Shown one piece after another: positions 36,214-46,333 of a DNA stretch of 64,000 nucleotides. The position numbers were made by a program, and so were the translations under genes. The DNA comes from an uncultured Actinomycetota bacterium. Lineage in GTDB: Bacteria; Actinomycetota; Acidimicrobiia; Acidimicrobiales; Bog-793. Where the stretch lies: positions 1,352,641 to 1,416,640 of the forward strand of contig CAVTJR010000003.1 of the NCBI GenBank assembly GCA_963735115.1. The letters are read 5' to 3'. The first letter of the stretch is position 1. The number at the start of each line of letters is the position of its first letter. The notes under the pieces are model-generated. The model saw only the letters and a program-made list of their open reading frames with translations, was not told where the DNA came from and searched no databases.

Positions 36214-37448
36214 CAGCCGACGTCGCTACGGCCGTTGCCGATGCCTTCAGCGGCGAATGGGGACGGGTGGTTGCCACCCTGATCCGCGCTACGGGCGACT
36301 GGGACGTGGCCGAGGAGTGCACGCAGGATGCCTTCGCGCTGGCGCTGGAGCGATGGCCGCGCGACGGCATCCCGCGCAACACGGGTGCATGGCTCACAAC
36401 CGCAGCCCGCAACCGCGCCATCGACCGGGCGCGCAGGGCGGCCACCGGTGCGGCCAAGCTGCAGGAGGTGGCGGTCTTGTCGTCTCGTAACGACGCGCCG
36501 GACGATGAGGACAGCGGTGTCGCAGACGACCGGCTCCGGCTGATCTTCACCTGCTGTCACCCGGCCCTGTCGATCGAGGCGCAGGTCGCCCTCACACTTC
36601 GAACCCTCGCGGGGCTGACCACCGCCGAGATCGCACGAGCGTTCCTCGTGCCCGAGGCCACGATGGCCCAGCGCCTCGTGAGGGCGAAGCGAAAGATCCG
36701 CAACGCCGGCATCCCCTACCGGGTGCCGCCTGGCCACATGCTGCCTGAACGCACCGGAGCCGTTCTCGGCGTCCTCTACCTGCTGTTCAACGAGGGTTAT
36801 TCAGCCACTGCGGGCACCGACCTCATGCGCCAGAACCTCTCGGGCGAAGCCGTCCGGCTTGGCCGCGTTCTCGCCCGCCTCATGCCGGACGAACCGGAGG
36901 CGCTCGGCCTGCTCGCTCTCATGCTCCTCCACGACGGCCGACGCAACTCGCGCGTGGACGCGGCCGGCGATCTCATCCCCCTCGAGGAACAGGACCGCAG
37001 CCGCTGGGACCGGGCTTCGATCGACGAAGGACTAGCCGTGCTGGCCGGGGCGCTCCGTCGCGCCCGTCCGGGTCCGTACCAGGTGCAGGCCGCCATCGCC
37101 GCCTGCCACGCCACCGCCGCACGAGCGGACGAGACCGACTGGGTGGAGATTGCGGCCCTGTATGACCGGCTGGCGGTCATGGTGCCCTCCCCCGTGGTCG
37201 AGTTGAACCGCGCCGTCGCCGTCGCCATGGCAGAGGGACCTCGCGCCGGGTTGGTCCTCCTCGAGTCGCTGGAGGTCTCCGGTGCGCTCGCCGGATACCA
37301 TCTGCTTCCCGCCACGCGGGCCGACCTGCTCCGTCGCCTCGACCGCCCTGTCGAGGCGGCCGAGGCGTATCGCCAAGCGCTCGAGCAGGCGCCGACGGCG
37401 GCGGAACGCCGCTACCTCGCCCGTCGCCTGGCGGAGACGACGGGCTGA
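36198..37448 (+). CDS. ECF sigma factor with a long C-terminal TPR-like extension (ECF42-type)
   Basis: The sequence reads EWGRVVATLIRATGDWDVAEECTQDAFALALERWPRDGIPRNTGAWLTTAARNRAIDRARR...LAGLTTAEIARAFLVPEATMAQRLVRAKRKI, followed by ~230 aa of helical repeats. The start is unresolved: there is no ATG or GTG in frame between the DGPF region and GTG 36267, and CTG 36198 is possible. In the window the frame is continuous with 35862. Confidence 0.8.
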   Translation: MGDDVAADVATAVADAFSGEWGRVVATLIRATGDWDVAEECTQDAFALALERWPRDGIPRNTGAWLTTAARNRAIDRARRAATGAAKLQEVAVLSSRNDAPDDEDSGVADDRLRLIFTCCHPALSIEAQVALTLRTLAGLTTAEIARAFLVPEATMAQRLVRAKRKIRNAGIPYRVPPGHMLPERTGAVLGVLYLLFNEGYSATAGTDLMRQNLSGEAVRLGRVLARLMPDEPEALGLLALMLLHDGRRNSRVDAAGDLIPLEEQDRSRWDRASIDEGLAVLAGALRRARPGPYQVQAAIAACHATAARADETDWVEIAALYDRLAVMVPSPVVELNRAVAVAMAEGPRAGLVLLESLEVSGALAGYHLLPATRADLLRRLDRPVEAAEAYRQALEQAPTAAERRYLARRLAETTG

Positions 37449-37487
37449 GGGCCGACTGAACCTGCAGATGAGCTTTTCCGAAGGCGG

Positions 37488-39032
37488 TCAGCCGATGTCG
37501 ATCACGGTGGACTTCAGCGCCCTGCGTCCGCCGTTGCGGCTGACCGTCTGACCCGTGAACACGACCGAGGTCGAAGTGCCGAGCGAGTCCGTCACGACGA
37601 GGGTGATCGTGTACTTGCCCTTCTTGGCATAGGTGTGGCTGGTTGTCGGGCCTTGGCGGGACGTCGCCCCGTCGCCGAACCTCCAGCTGTAGCGGGCGAT
37701 CGTGCCGAACCAGGCCGAGGAAGAGCTGGCGTTGAGACTGACGGTGAGGCCGGAGACTCCCACGGTGAATTCCGCCCTGGGTGCCTGATCCGGTGTGATG
37801 GCAATGGCGGAGATCTGTGAGACGCCGTCGGCCAGCACGATCGGTGCGGACGGCGACGCCGTGGCGACGACCGCGGGCGCGATGACCGCCTCGGAAGCGC
37901 CACAGAAGAAGGCGGTTCCGCCGGCGGGCTCAACGGCGCCCGCGTCGACCTGCAACGGTACGTCAGTGGGGTCGACCAGTGGGATCCTGGTGACGGCATG
38001 GGAGCCGCTGAGCGTGACGCGGTCCGCTCCGTTGGCTGGCGATCCGAGCGCGGCGAAGGCGTAGGCACCGTTCGGCGCGATCGACAGGTCGATCGGCGAT
38101 GCGCCCAGCCTCACCTTCTTGCCCACCTTCGATGTCGCCAGATCGACGGGGACGAGGTCGTCGTCCAGGCTGTTGGCGACCCAGAGGGTTGTGCCGTTCG
38201 GCGTCACCGCCAGCGACGTCGGAAAGGCACCGACGCTGATCGGCTTGCCGGCCTTGCCGGTCCTCGCCGAGATCGGGGTGACGGTGCCGTTCTCGGCGCT
38301 GCTGACCCACACGGTGCGCCCGTCGGGGGTGATCGCGAGCCCTCCTGCGCCGGCGCTTTCGAGCGGGCCGACGCGGACCGCCTTGCCGGTGCTGCGGTTC
38401 GAGGTGTTGATCGCCACGACGCTGGCGTGCTGAAGGTTCACAAAACCGAGCACGTAGGCGTGCGACCCGTTCGGCGTGACCGCCACCGAGACCGGCTCGT
38501 TGCCGACCTTGATCGGGTTGCCGAGGGTTTGGTTCGTCAAGTCGATGGGCAGCACCTCGCGCGCCCACTCGACGGCGAGGTAGGCCGTCTGCCCGTTCGG
38601 GGTGATCGCCAGCTCACCGGCCGTCCCGCCGACGTTGTCTCCGATGGAGTCCGGGATCAGGATGCTCGCGACGATTGCGTCCGTCGCGACGTCGATCCCC
38701 ACGAGCTCGGTGGAACCCCCCGGGCTCCACAACGTCCATGCCGTCGGCTCCGCCGGCACGAGCGAGCTGCGCGGGACGCCGGCCACCGCCGGACCGGCCG
38801 TCAGGGCGACGACCAGCACGCAGGCGAGGGAGGCCGTTGCCACCCTCGCCGCCCGGACGCCGTACCTACCGGCTCCTCGTGGCCGCAGCCGCGGCGGCAC
38901 CTTGGTTGCTCTGTCCTGTTGCACCGTTTCTCCTTTGCTGGGGCGACGGAGTGCCGCCATCCGTACTTCGGTTTTGGAGCACTCTCGAGCGCTCAACGGG
39001 CCTCGGCCCTTCGTCGTCATCGCCGCGTTCAT
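37488..39032 (-). CDS. Secreted YVTN-family beta-propeller repeat protein with a C-terminal PKD domain
   Basis: The repeats are of the form ...AITPNGQTAYLA... / VAVTPNGSHAYV / LAITPDGRTVWV / LAVTPNGTTLWV. The C-terminal part is YSWRFGDGATS...HTYAKKGKYTITLVVTD (PKD). ATG 39032 overlaps the DUF4242 stop (ATGA). Confidence 0.85.
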   Translation of the reverse strand: MNAAMTTKGRGPLSARECSKTEVRMAALRRPSKGETVQQDRATKVPPRLRPRGAGRYGVRAARVATASLACVLVVALTAGPAVAGVPRSSLVPAEPTAWTLWSPGGSTELVGIDVATDAIVASILIPDSIGDNVGGTAGELAITPNGQTAYLAVEWAREVLPIDLTNQTLGNPIKVGNEPVSVAVTPNGSHAYVLGFVNLQHASVVAINTSNRSTGKAVRVGPLESAGAGGLAITPDGRTVWVSSAENGTVTPISARTGKAGKPISVGAFPTSLAVTPNGTTLWVANSLDDDLVPVDLATSKVGKKVRLGASPIDLSIAPNGAYAFAALGSPANGADRVTLSGSHAVTRIPLVDPTDVPLQVDAGAVEPAGGTAFFCGASEAVIAPAVVATASPSAPIVLADGVSQISAIAITPDQAPRAEFTVGVSGLTVSLNASSSSAWFGTIARYSWRFGDGATSRQGPTTSHTYAKKGKYTITLVVTDSLGTSTSVVFTGQTVSRNGGRRALKSTVIDIG

Positions 39033-39307
39033 GGCGCCGAGTAGAAGTAGGGGTCGAGAACGCGGATCTCGGTGATCTGGTCGACGGGCAGATGGTTGAG
39101 GGCTGCCGCCTGGCGCACGGCCTCCGGCGAAGGACCGTCGTAGATGCAAAACGACTTGCGACGGTCGGCGCTCACGTAGGAATGCAGCCAGGTCACGTCG
39201 GCGCGGGCGTTGCGCTCGGCGACGACTCGACAGGCTTCGTAGCCGTCGGCTGCCGCCGGCAGAGGGAGACCGTCGTCGAACGAGCGCTCTATGAGATAAC
39301 GGGGCAT
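39029..39307 (-). CDS. DUF4242 domain protein
   Basis: The sequence MPRYLIERSFDDGL...VTWLHSYVSADRRKSFCIYDGPSPEAVRQAA...ITEIRVLDPYFY shows the characteristic DUF4242 pattern. Confidence 0.85.
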   Translation of the reverse strand: MPRYLIERSFDDGLPLPAAADGYEACRVVAERNARADVTWLHSYVSADRRKSFCIYDGPSPEAVRQAAALNHLPVDQITEIRVLDPYFYSAP

Positions 39308-39435
39308 CGGGCCTCCTAGCCATTAATCGCCAGTGGTCACCGTACGATTGCGGTGCGCCCGCAACATCGGGGCCTGCCCCTATTTTTCCGAGTGCCTACC
39401 CTTAGGTTTCGTGCCCGTCCTCGACCCACGAGGCG

Positions 39436-42159
39436 CTATCGCCCGCCGGCCCCGCCCTCGGATTCGCCATCGCCCGAGAGAAACCCGCGCCTGCGTGCCT
39501 CCGCCAGCGCCGCCGTCCGGTTGCGGGCCCCGAGCTTCGACAGCACCGCACTCACGTGGTGCTCGACGGTCTTCACGGAGACGAACAACCGCTCGGCTAC
39601 CTCCGCGTTCGTCAAACCGTCTGCAACGAGGTAGAGCACTTCCAGCTCACGGCGGGTGAGCTGGGAAGGGTTGCGCTGGGTTTCTTTGCGAGCGCCGCGA
39701 GGCACGCTGCGGACACCGTGCTCCCGCAGGCGTCTTGCCGCCACGGTGGCTGCCAGGCGCGCGCCGAGGCGCTGCAGCTCCTCCACCGCCCCGCGGCGCT
39801 CCGCGTCGCCGCCCTCCTCGCTCCAGGCAAGCGCCACAGCGGCTTCATAAGGACAACCAATGGCGTGCCAGGCGTCCGCCGCCGACTGGGCGTCTCCGCA
39901 CAGCTCCAATCGCCAGGGCTCGGCCACAGGCGTCGTCACCTCCATCGGAGCGCCGGCGCGAGCGAGCCACACGTGGAGCTCGCCGGTCAACCAGGGCGAG
40001 GCGCGCTCCTGGGCGAGCCGCAGCGTCGCCGCCGCCGCTGGTACGGCGTCCTCCGACCGCACTCCAAGGAGCAGGCAGGCCTCAAGACGGGCGACTGCCA
40101 CCGGCCCGAGATACTGCACCTCTGCCTGCCGGCCTGCCAACTCCCACGCCTCGTCGAGCGCCTCCCACACGCCGGGGTCGCCGCGCAGCGTCCTCACCCG
40201 GCCGAGCACCGTGAGCGCTGACACACGTGTGTCCTGTGCTTCTGTCCGCCGGAGGCAGTCAGTGGCGGCGGCCGACGCCACCTCGAGATTCCCGGTCTCG
40301 AGATCGAGTCGCGCCCGCTCGGCACGCATCATCATTCCCAAAGCGTCCCGTCCGCGCTCGTCGCAGAAGGCGATGCCTTCGTCGAAGGCGGCACGGGCGA
40401 GCGTGTACTGACGGTGCAGGAGATGGACGACACCGAGGTTGAGCAGGCCCCTGCCGAACTGTTCCTCCTCGCCGGCGACCTTGGCGCGCAGGATCGCCTC
40501 TTCGAGGCGCCGCTGTCCGGCGGCGTTACCGGTTCGCTCGAATTCCGACGACCCGACAGTGACGAGCGAGTAGATCAAGATCGCCTCCTCGCCGAGCTCG
40601 TCAGCCAGCTCGACGGCGCGCTCCCCGTAACTGATGACGTCGTCGTACTCGTTCGCCCTCATGGCGATCCGCGAGCGGGTACTGAGGGCCATGGCGAGCT
40701 CCGGCCCGGCCGGAACAGCCTCGAGCACGGCGATGGCCGCATCTGCGGCCTGCCTTGCTTCCGTTCCGTGCCCGTACGTCAGCAGCACGCGAGAAAGCTG
40801 TTGCAGCGTGTCACCGGTTTGGGCGGCATCGCGGAGCCCCTCCCAGATGGCCAGTGCTCGTCGATAGAGCGCCAGCGCCGCCGAGTGCTGGTCGCTCACG
40901 TTGCACTCATAGGCTTGGCGGCTCAGCAAACCGGCGAGCTCAGCCGGCAGAAGGCGACCGTCGCCAGCTTCGACTGCCGCCGCTAAATGGGCGGCGGCTT
41001 CTCGGTGTGCACCCAGCTCAGCGGCACGGCGCGCCGCCAATGGGGCGAACTCGAGCAGGGCAACAGCGTCGCCCGCGCCGATGGCATGGTGGACGACTCG
41101 TGGCAAAGCCCGGTCGTCCCCACGGGAACGCAACCACGCCAACGCCTGTCGGTGCAACATTGCCCGACGGGCCGCCGGCAGGTCGGATTCGATGGCGCTG
41201 CGGGCGAGCTCGTGGCGAAACCGCAGCCCGAACCCGTCGGCGACGAGCATGCCGCGCCGCTGACATTCGTCGATGGCAGCCTCCGAGTCTGGTCGCATCG
41301 TCAGCAGGAGATCGAGCTCGATGTGGAGAGGGACGACGGCAGCCGCCTCGAGCACAGCCCGGGCGCCGGGAGACAGCCGTGACGCCCGAGCGAGCACGGC
41401 GTCCCGAACCGCCTCCGGCAACTCCTGCCCGCCCGCTGCCAACACCTCCGTGACGAAGAAGGGGTTGCCTCCCGTTCGGCGACACAGATCCGCGGCGTCA
41501 ACAGCGTGTCCGGCAGCGAGGGCGGTGACGGCCGCCTGGGAGAGGGGGTGGAGAGACAGGCGCACAAGGCTGTCGGCACCGGACAGCTCCCCGAGCAGGG
41601 CGCGCAGCGGGTGGTGCTCGTCGAGTTCGTCGTTTCGATACGTGCCCAAGAGGACCGCATGGGTCGATCCGATCCGACGGGCGAGGTAGCGGATCAAATC
41701 GAGTGTGGCCGCGTCCGCCCACTGCAAGTCCTCGAGCACGACGAGGCAAGTGGCCCGCGACAGCAGCTCGAGATAGGCGCCGAACACTTCATGTCGGCGT
41801 GGTGCTCCTTCGAGGATCTGCAGGAGATTGGCGTCGCCGACCTCGGCGGCAATGTCACGGAACGGACCGAGTGGCCGCGGTGTCGCCAAGGCGTCGCAGG
41901 CTCCAATGAGCACGGAGATGCCTTGTTCCTGCGCATCGCGGGAGGCCACATCGGCGAGGGCGCTCTTTCCGACGCCCGCCTCACCGCCGACGAGCACGAG
42001 CGACCCGCGGCCCTCTGACGCAGCCGTCAGCCGCCCGGCAATGGCGGCAGCAGGCTCTTCCCGTTCGAGCAGCACGGTGGCCACGTCTCGATCAGCCTCG
42101 TGCCCAGACGGCGCCAGCGGGCGCCGGACGAACGACCACTCGCTCGCACGGGCGAGCAC
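39436..42159 (-). CDS. LuxR-family regulator with N-terminal AAA ATPase and TPR region (LAL/MalT-like STAND)
   Basis: The Walker A region is [13 protein letters not shown], followed by a long helical-repeat middle. The C-terminal part is [44 protein letters not shown]. Confidence 0.9.
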   Translation of the reverse strand: MLARASEWSFVRRPLAPSGHEADRDVATVLLEREEPAAAIAGRLTAASEGRGSLVLVGGEAGVGKSALADVASRDAQEQGISVLIGACDALATPRPLGPFRDIAAEVGDANLLQILEGAPRRHEVFGAYLELLSRATCLVVLEDLQWADAATLDLIRYLARRIGSTHAVLLGTYRNDELDEHHPLRALLGELSGADSLVRLSLHPLSQAAVTALAAGHAVDAADLCRRTGGNPFFVTEVLAAGGQELPEAVRDAVLARASRLSPGARAVLEAAAVVPLHIELDLLLTMRPDSEAAIDECQRRGMLVADGFGLRFRHELARSAIESDLPAARRAMLHRQALAWLRSRGDDRALPRVVHHAIGAGDAVALLEFAPLAARRAAELGAHREAAAHLAAAVEAGDGRLLPAELAGLLSRQAYECNVSDQHSAALALYRRALAIWEGLRDAAQTGDTLQQLSRVLLTYGHGTEARQAADAAIAVLEAVPAGPELAMALSTRSRIAMRANEYDDVISYGERAVELADELGEEAILIYSLVTVGSSEFERTGNAAGQRRLEEAILRAKVAGEEEQFGRGLLNLGVVHLLHRQYTLARAAFDEGIAFCDERGRDALGMMMRAERARLDLETGNLEVASAAATDCLRRTEAQDTRVSALTVLGRVRTLRGDPGVWEALDEAWELAGRQAEVQYLGPVAVARLEACLLLGVRSEDAVPAAAATLRLAQERASPWLTGELHVWLARAGAPMEVTTPVAEPWRLELCGDAQSAADAWHAIGCPYEAAVALAWSEEGGDAERRGAVEELQRLGARLAATVAARRLREHGVRSVPRGARKETQRNPSQLTRRELEVLYLVADGLTNAEVAERLFVSVKTVEHHVSAVLSKLGARNRTAALAEARRRGFLSGDGESEGGAGGR

Positions 42160-42348
42160 GCATTGCGGTGGTCTTCATCGACTCGCCTTACCTCAGGATC
42201 CTTCGGACGGCAGGGGTGATTGGCCAGAACCATCGCGGACGCATAGAGCGTATCTGCCGAGGAAGGTGCGACCCGGCTTGCGTATCTCCGACTACCAACT
42301 CGGTGACAGGTCCGCCCGGGCCGCCCGGCGGCGCTGCCGGCAGTCTCC

Positions 42349-42387
42349 GATCTCTCGCGACATCCGTCTCCGGTGTCGCGAGAGATC
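42349..42387 (-). terminator. Perfect 14-bp inverted repeat just 3' of tRNA-Arg
   Basis: GATCTCTCGCGACA (42349-42362), an 11-nt loop, then TGTCGCGAGAGATC (42374-42387). It sits 4 nt from the tRNA 3' end. Confidence 0.5.
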
Positions 42388-42391
42388 ACAG

Positions 42392-42468
42392 TGGCGCCCC
42401 CGGCACGACTCGAACGTGCGACCGTCTGCTTAGAAGGCAGCTGCTCTGTCCAACTGAGCTACGGGGGC
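42392..42468 (-). tRNA. tRNA-Arg (anticodon TCT), CCA encoded
   Basis: The reverse complement GCCCCCGTAGCTCAGTTGGACAGAGCAGCTGCCTTCTAAGCAGACGGTCGCACGTTCGAGTCGTGCCGGGGGCGCCA folds as a cloverleaf. The anticodon loop is CTTCTAA. Confidence 0.95.
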
Positions 42469-42611
42469 ATTCATACAGCTTGTGACCTGCGGGTTTCAGG
42501 CTATCTCCCGATCGATCCATGCTTGCACACCGCTCCGACAGAGGTTGCCCTTTGCGAAAGAGAGCCAACGAGGGCCAGTTTGGTGGCGCCAGGAGCGCGG
42601 CGCCCCGACCC

Positions 42612-45600
42612 TCAGTCCGGTACCTGCTCGAGCCTGGCCGCATGGTTGAGCCGCTCCAGGAAGGGCTTGGCTCCCAGCTCGGTGAAGATGTCCCGGGCTT
42701 CCTTGGCCATCGTGGCGTCCGGGTGATCGGGACCGAGGAGCAGGACGCGGTCGAGCTCGCACAGGGCCAGGTCGAGAGTACAGTCGAGCGCCCGCCACGC
42801 CTCGACCGCCTTTCGGTAGGTCTCGGCCGCCTCCTGCACTCGACCTTCGAGCGCAGCCAATCCGGCCTCCATCGTCAGGCGCTCGGCCGTCATCCACCGG
42901 CCGCGAAAGGGCCTCATCGCCAAAAGAGCCTCTTGCACACCGACGGTGTCACGCAGCCACAGGCAGGCGCGCGCGCGAATCGCTAGAGCATGCCGACTGT
43001 TTGTCCCAGCCGGTTCGAGGGCCACGGCATCGCCCGCCTCCCGCTGGGCCGCGTCGAGGTCACCGGCCGCCAGGCTCACCAGAGAGCGATCCACCAAGTA
43101 CGTGGTGCGCGCGGCCAGGAACTCGCTCGACGCCGCCACTTGCTCACCGGCCTCTTTGAGGGCGGCCGCGGCCGTGGCGGACTCTCCGGTGAGCGCCGCC
43201 AGCATCGCCTTGCGGATGGGCAACGTGACGCGCCTTACAGACGTGGGCTCTCGCTCTTCCAGCTCAGCGATGGCGGTCCGTGCGCGACCCCAGTCGCCTA
43301 GGAAAAGCGATCCTTCGGCAGTGTCGCCCAGCTTCCACATCTCGAGGAGTCGGTCCCCAGCCCGCCTCGCCAGATCAGCCGCCTCCATCGTGGCGAACAG
43401 CGACTCTCTGGGGTTTTCTTCGAAGACAAGGAGGCCCAGAAGACTCTGAGCCAGAGCGAGGTCTCGGAGGGAACCGGCCGCCTCGGCGAGGGCGACATGC
43501 CCTCGAGCGAGTATGACGGCCTCGAGGTGGCGACCGAGGTTGTACAAGGCGTACGACTTGGAGACGATCGTCTGTGCCACGAGGGCAATGTCGTCGAGCT
43601 GCTCGGCGAGGACGAGGGCGGTCTCGGACCACTCGAGGGCGCGCGCGGGCGAGCCCGAGTTCGCGTGAGCGACCGTCAGCTCGCAGGCGAGACCAGCCCT
43701 GACGCGCTCCTCGCCTTCGTCGCCTAGGGCCTCGAAGGCCCGCTCGACCCGCTCGATGGCCTCCGAGTAGCGGTCCAAGCCGCCGAGCGCGCGAGCCAGC
43801 GCGGCGGTGGCACGACCGGCGGCATCGTGGTCGCCGGCCGCGTCGTAGTAGGCAATGGCCTCCTCGAGACGGGCCATCGCCTTTTCGTAGGCCATCGCGC
43901 GCCCTCCAGCCTCGCCGGCGGCCTCGAGGAGCAAGGCGTGCTCGGGCCCGGCCGGTGTCATCTCGAGGGCCTGTTCGAAGAAGGCGAGCGCCTGCTCGGG
44001 CGAGCCGAGGGAGAGGGCGCGCTTTCCTGCCCGCGAGAGCCACTCACGGGCACCGACGGCGATCTCGGTGGCCTCGGTTTCCGGGGCGGCCCGCTGTGCC
44101 TCGACGTAGTGGGCGGCCACGAGGCCGGTGAGCTCCTCGTCGCCGAGGGATTCAAGGTGGCGAGCGACTGCGAGGTGCTTGGCGCTGCGGTCGTGCCTCG
44201 CGAGGGTGGCAGCGGCAACCTCGGCGATGATCCCCTGCACGAAGCCGTGCTGGCCTCGCTGGGGTGAGCGGGGGGCGGTCTCGAGGTAGAGGAACTCCTT
44301 TCGCACGAGGTCCCGCAGCTCAGGCTCGAGGCTGGCGGCGGTCTCCCCGCCGTGCAGGGCGGCCAGGGCCTCGGTCGGAAAGGTCCGCCCGACGACGGCG
44401 GCGTCCTGCAGGAGGGAGCGCTCCTCTGGCGAGAGGGCGTCGAGGCGGGCGGCGACAAGGGCGTGCAGGGTGTCTGGGATCTGGAGAGAGCCAAGTTCGC
44501 CAACAAGGCGGTAGCTGCCGTCCTCGCGCACGAGGACGCCCCGGTCGACGAGCATGCGCACCGTCTCGACGCCGTAGAGGGGGACGCCCTCGGAGCGTGC
44601 CCGCACGGCTTCGACCACCTCGTCCGGCACACCTTCGACGAGGCCGTGGAGGAGGTCGCCCATTTCGGTCTCCGAGAGCGGCTCGAGGTGAAGGGCGGCG
44701 AAGCTGTGCTGCCCGGCCCCCCAGGCGGGCCGACTGTCGAGCAGCTCGGGTCGGGCGAGGGTCACGACCAGGATCGGGTGGTTTGAGGACCACTCGAGGA
44801 TCGACTCGACGAAGTCGATGAGCCCCGCATCAGCCCACTGCAAGTCCTCGAAGACCATGACGGTGGTCGCCGTGTCGGCGACGGCCTCGAAGAAGCTCCG
44901 CCAGGCGGAGAAGAGCTCGTTGCGGTCGCCCGGCGGGGCCTCACCGATGCCGAGGAGGTGGGCGAGGGACGCCCCCACCCAGCGGCGGTCGCGTTCGTCA
45001 GCGACGAACTCGGCCACACAAGCCGAGAGCTTGGCCCTCGAGGAGCCGGGCTCTTCTGACTCGCCGATGCCCGCGCGCATGCGCACCATCTCGCCAAGTG
45101 CCCAGAAGGTGATGCCGTCGCCGTAGGCGGGCGAGCGTCCCTCATGCCAGTGAACCGGCTCGACGAGTCCGTCGGTGTACTTGGCGAACTCCCACACGAG
45201 CCGGGTCTTGCCGATGCCGGGGACACCCATGACCGACAGCAGTCTTGCGCGGTGCTCGCGTTCGGTCGCCGCCAAGAGGTCCTTCATGAGCCGGAGCTCC
45301 TCGGCCCGGCCGACGAAGGGGGCTTCGAGCGCTTCCGAGCGCCCTACGCCTCGTCGCTGGGCGACGACGCGAAGCGCCCGCCAGGCGGTGACGGGCTCGG
45401 ACTTACCCTTCAGCTGAAGCTCCCCCACCTCCGAGAAGCCCCCAGACGGCCATGACGGCGTCACCGATGAACTTCTCCACCGTGCCGCCGTAGCGGGCGA
45501 TGACCCGCTCGGCACGCCCGAAGTAGTCCGAGAGCAGCTCGCGTACCTCCTCCGGGTCGCGCTTTTCCACGAGCGGTGTGAAGCTGACGAGATCTACGAA

Positions 45601-45804
45601 GAGCACCGAGCAGAGACGCCGCTCGGCGACAGGACCCTCAGCAGCCTCGGGCGCGGAGACAGCTGCCCCGCAGTCAACACAGAAGCGGTTGTCCGCCTCG
45701 AGGGGTGCCCCACAGGCCGGGCAGGCGGCGGCGAGCGAGCCGCCGCAGTGCTTGCAGAACCGTTTCCCCTCGGGGGTCTCGCCTCCACAAGCTGGGCAGC
45801 GCAT
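42612..45804 (-). pseudogene. Zinc-ribbon - class III adenylate/guanylate cyclase - AAA ATPase - TPR protein, with the cyclase domain internally deleted and frameshifted
   Basis: GAGGAGG lies upstream of ATG 45804. The sequence MRCPACGG...CPACGA...LCSVLFVDLVSFTPL...GGTVEKFIGDAVMAVWG then changes frame directly into GFSEVGELQLKGKSEPVTAWR (the cyclase C-terminal end). It continues ...VMGVPGIGKTRL (P-loop) with a long TPR-like tail (track ORFs 45403..45852 and 42612..45515). Confidence 0.75.
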
Positions 45805-45995
45805 ATCTACCTCCTCTTCGAAGGCTACGACGCTGCCGGTAGTACCGCACACCCTGCCGGCTGTGACGCTGTCCGGCTTTGGGGCTTCAGGTGCGCCCGA
45901 CTCGTGATGTCCACCTCAACGACAGGAGACAAGTGTGCGACCTTCGCTCGCGTCTGTCCTGGTCAAACACTAAGTAGTAGCCGCTCAGCCCGGAG

Positions 45996-46026
45996 TGCTT
46001 AGAAGGCAGCTGCTCTGTCCAACTGA
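45996..46026 (-). repeat. 31-bp exact copy of an internal tRNA-Arg segment (D-loop through anticodon arm)
   Basis: tgcttagaaggcagctgctctgtccaactga is identical to 42427-42457 in the same orientation. The flanking bases differ on both sides. Confidence 0.9.
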
Positions 46027-46262
46027 AGGTCGCTATGCCGCCATCAGAGCGGCGTCCTCGACTTCAGGGCTGACTCGGGTCGGGCAAGTTCTCGGGGCTC
46101 GCCTTTGCCCGTGACGGCACCCTGCTCGCGGTTGCCCAGGAGAACGCTTTGGCGACCGTCTGGTCGCTCCAGTCACGGAGGGAGACCGAAGCCCTGGTAG
46201 GACGGGCGGCCTCGATCGTATCCAGCCGCGACCGCAGGTAACTGGGCCACGCGGATAGTAAA

Positions 46263-46303
46263 GAACCCGACTCGGGAAGGCACTGCCCTCCCGAGTCGGG
46301 TTC
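46263..46303. terminator. Strong hairpin, likely a bidirectional terminator (SBP gene on the minus strand)
   Basis: GAACCCGACTCGGGA ... TCCCGAGTCGGGTTC form a perfect 15-bp stem. On the minus strand it is followed by TTTACTATCC. It lies 31 nt after the SBP stop. Confidence 0.6.
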
Positions 46304-46333
46304 TCTCGTCAAGTCTTGACTGCTAGATCCCGT

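Noticed and set aside
42160-46333. An integrative element or prophage at tRNA-Arg.
   Set aside because: No integrase, excisionase or phage genes are present. The repeated tRNA segment is the central part rather than the 3' end. I report it only as a scar or rearrangement.
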